A stretch of DNA of 64,000 bases from Octopus sinensis. Taxonomy: Eukaryota. The notes below the pieces were generated by a model. The model searched no databases and had not been told where the DNA came from. It saw nothing but the letters and a program-made list of their open reading frames with translations. Every line of letters starts with the position of its first letter. The first letter of the stretch is position 1. Positions 63,222 to 64,000 of the stretch are shown here, piece by piece. The translations under genes and the position numbers were made by a program. The DNA lies in NCBI RefSeq assembly GCF_006345805.1, contig NC_043001.1:21266001-21330000 (forward strand). The letters run 5' to 3'.

Positions 63222-63587
63222 TGATGTTACAGTGATTGGTAGTTTACTAACTAAACGACTGCTGCTGCCGCTGCCGCTGCTGCTGCTACACGTGATGTTT
63301 CTGTTTTCGGTTTCTGTCAGATGACTGAGTACATGCTTCTCCTTGTCACAATAACAAGTACATCTGATCTCTTCAATATATAAAATAAATAAAAAGCTGA
63401 CACAGACTCACTTCCTGTTGATCTCATTCTTCAATTGCATGATTGTTATTTACACTTAACACTGGTTGTGTTTTAGTTAGGGGGGAAAAGGGTGCAGTAT
63501 GGCCGAATGGCTAAAACGTTCGTTTCACAACTACGAAGACATATATATATGTCGGTTCGTTCCATCTCTTGTCCTCCCATTTTAATT

Positions 63588-63634
<47 letters not shown>

Positions 63635-63757
63635 GAAAAATACAAACTGGGACAAAACGTAAAAATTTAGAAGACGATACAAAAAAACACGGACGGGACA
63701 CTCGAAGCCTTCAATCTTCAGTCAAGAACCGGATCATCCTAGCAATTTCGGGATATG

Positions 63758-63846
<89 letters not shown>

Positions 63847-63883
63847 TATATATACTTTATTTAAAGCAGCAGAAAATTCAACA

Positions 63884-63928
63884 AAACCTGTTACTCTGAG
63901 TTTCCCGTTGCCGTTCATCAGACAGTTT
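63884..63928 (-). ncRNA. Minimal type I hammerhead-like motif in a short TA-flanked repeat
   Basis: Minus strand AAACTGT-CTGATGA-A-CG GCAA CG-G-GAA-ACTCAGAGT-A-ACAGGTTT; GUA triplet. Confidence 0.55.
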
Positions 63929-64000
63929 ACTCCGGTATATATATATATATATATATACAAAATGAGAAAATGGAGAAATATATCTAAATCAATCATCAAC

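Noticed and set aside
63640-63750. Minus-strand CTGAAGA with nearby CGAAA
   Set aside because: Core elements are in the wrong order or lack supporting stems.

Overview
Repeat-dense, AT-rich eukaryotic DNA. The SINE families and the (TA)n/(CA)n/(ATC)n microsatellite load suggest an octopus (coleoid cephalopod) genome; this is inference from recalled repeat families, not a database search. No intact host gene is recognisable, and most long ORFs in the supplied track are microsatellite artefacts. The window holds about five tRNA-headed SINE families (my labels A, B, C, E, K), an RTE-tailed family with an internal minisatellite (D), and decayed RTE, L1/Tx1-like, CRE-like and Penelope-like (GIY-YIG) retroelement fragments. 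It also holds mariner and hAT transposase relics, non-autonomous Helitrons and several MITEs. The most striking structure is a near-identical 1-kb inverted-plus-tandem insertion at 1770-2771. It has no ORF and carries a complete type I hammerhead ribozyme fold on each strand, resembling a retrozyme or non-autonomous Penelope element. Two other repeat families in the window carry minimal hammerhead motifs. Other leads are a SINE-B/LINE shared 3' tail, SINE-B dimers with a recurrent junction, and an apparent CpG boundary near 33 kb that suggests a methylated minus-strand gene body to the left. All alignments, folds and translations were done by eye, so repeat coordinates are approximate.
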